The notes under the pieces: generated by a model
What the model was told of the DNA's origin: nothing
What the model saw: the letters and a program-made list of their open reading frames with translations, nothing else
Databases searched by the model: none
Made by a program: the position numbers and the translations under genes
Assembly: GCF_018350175.1 (NCBI RefSeq)
Contig: NC_058368.1
Coordinates: forward strand, 136,340,001-136,404,000
Direction of reading: 5' to 3'
From: Felis catus
Taxonomy: Eukaryota
Length of the DNA: 64,000 nt
Part shown: positions 62,451 through 64,000 of the stretch, piece after piece
How positions within the stretch are numbered: position 1 is the first letter of the stretch
How the letters are laid out: each line of letters begins with the position of its first letter

Positions 62451-64000
62451 AAGAACCAGTATCCTTTCCTGCCAAGAGGTGAGAATGTGACCTGAGATGA
62501 ATACAGCAGTGTCTCTCTGGAACCGGAACTTCCACAGAGTAACACAAAGGCAGAAGACAATTGCTTCTGCTCATTCACGCCACTTGCAGTACCTTGAAGT
62601 CCGCTGTCAGTTCCTGAAACTGAAATTTCAGGAGTGGCTCTATTCTCTGTCTTTTCACGTCTTTTGGTGAACCTCCCTTTAGATTTTGAGTTTTCTTATT
62701 TACCTTCCATAAATTTCACTTTTGCTGCACTTGTCAAGGGACCGTAAGGGAAGAGGAGTTTGGGGGTGGTGGGGGGAACCTGCCAGAATGAGGAAGAATG
62801 TTTTTATATCCCCTTTCACTGGGCAGGTCCCAATAATCCACAGCTTAAGAGAACGAAGAAATTATGCTTCTCTAATGCACCAGTAGGTGGTGCTCTCACA
62901 AACTGAGTAGCTGATGCCCAAAAGTAAAGGGTATGAGGCCTTCTGGAACACTGTGGGTAGGACGGCTCCTTCCGATGGTGGCATTGAATGACATAAAGCC
63001 AGAGAATAGTCAAATCAAATCTCTAAGCTGTCACTTCGGGCTGATTTGCTGTGGACTTACTCTTTGGTGCCTTCCAGACTCACAATTACTGATGTAATGG
63101 TCATATTGCTGCAGGCATAGTTCATGTGGAGTTCATTCCTTGTCTTCTCACATCAGTAAACTGAGAATATATCAGATGAGACAGTTTAGCTGCTGGCATT
63201 TTAAAGACAGAGAGTGCTTCTTCAGTTTACTATGTTTATATTCTGTGTACATGCTCACACAAATATGAGGATTTCTCATATCTTGTAATGACACTAGCAA
63301 AGAAACGAAAATAGGTCGTCTTCAGCAACACTGTTAGCTGGAAGGCTTTTAAGGCTGCTGTATGTACAGGATTTGGAAGAAGAAAAGGCTGTGACCCAGA
63401 CATTTAAAATAAGTCAAGTTGTCTTTTGTGAAGGAGGGCAATAGGAAACTATTTTTAGGTAGCTAAGGGCAGGGGGATCACAGCATCCACATTTCCTTCT
63501 TGAAAAAACTGTTCCAGGCAACCAAGAGAAGGCGCAAAGTAGAGCAGTAAATAAGGGGAACCGTGGTCTGAAATGACTCAAGGTTCTAACCTAAGCCTAA
63601 CCCCAAACCTAACCTGAACCCTGAACCCAGGAATCCTGTTGGATTCGTTGTTGTCAGGGGAGTTTTGCAGTCAAAGCATAAAGCTTGGTCCAGCACTGTT
63701 TCCCTGGGCTGCTTCCTTCCTCTGCGGCTCATTTTCCTGCACCAGGAAATGTGTTTCTTGTGACACACCCTTTGCCCCTATTACAAGACGCCTTGTTTGG
63801 TGAGCACTTGTAATTTGTATTTTGTGCATGTATTTGCAAACAAAATCTAACCTATTCACAGGGCTGTGACTCAGAACTGAGAAATAAATGTTTCCCCCTG
63901 TCCACCAAGCAGGATGTTTAGTGAAACATAATGACCTTTTTTTTTTCTTTCTTGCTAAGCAAAGTCATGTTTTTCTGCATCTTTAAAATCTGGATTGGAC

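Overview
Mammalian genomic DNA, almost certainly from a felid (dense tRNA-derived carnivore SINEs of the SINEC_Fc type and felid-type L1 3' ends). The only intact cellular gene is CARTPT (cocaine- and amphetamine-regulated transcript prepropeptide; + strand, 3 exons, 4638-6545, 116 aa). It has a TATA box, an RE1/NRSE site over the start codon and two polyA signals. This copy is unusually derived: the Lys-Arg cleavage site that releases CART(42-89) reads Lys-Ser, the cystine-knot exon carries three substitutions and the promoter CRE reads TGATGTCA. The rest of the window is repeat-rich intergenic DNA with three processed pseudogenes. RPL19 lies at 958-1672. RBM3 at 49767-50888 looks copied from an exon-skipped, Arg-minus mRNA and still has an open frame. 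An old, easily missed CTNNB1 retrocopy at about 51083-54915 has its middle inverted right at the end of an inserted MULE/Mutator-type DNA transposon. I see no wholly new multi-gene system. Comparisons to human, rodent and repeat consensus sequences are from memory, not computed alignments, and repeat boundaries are approximate.
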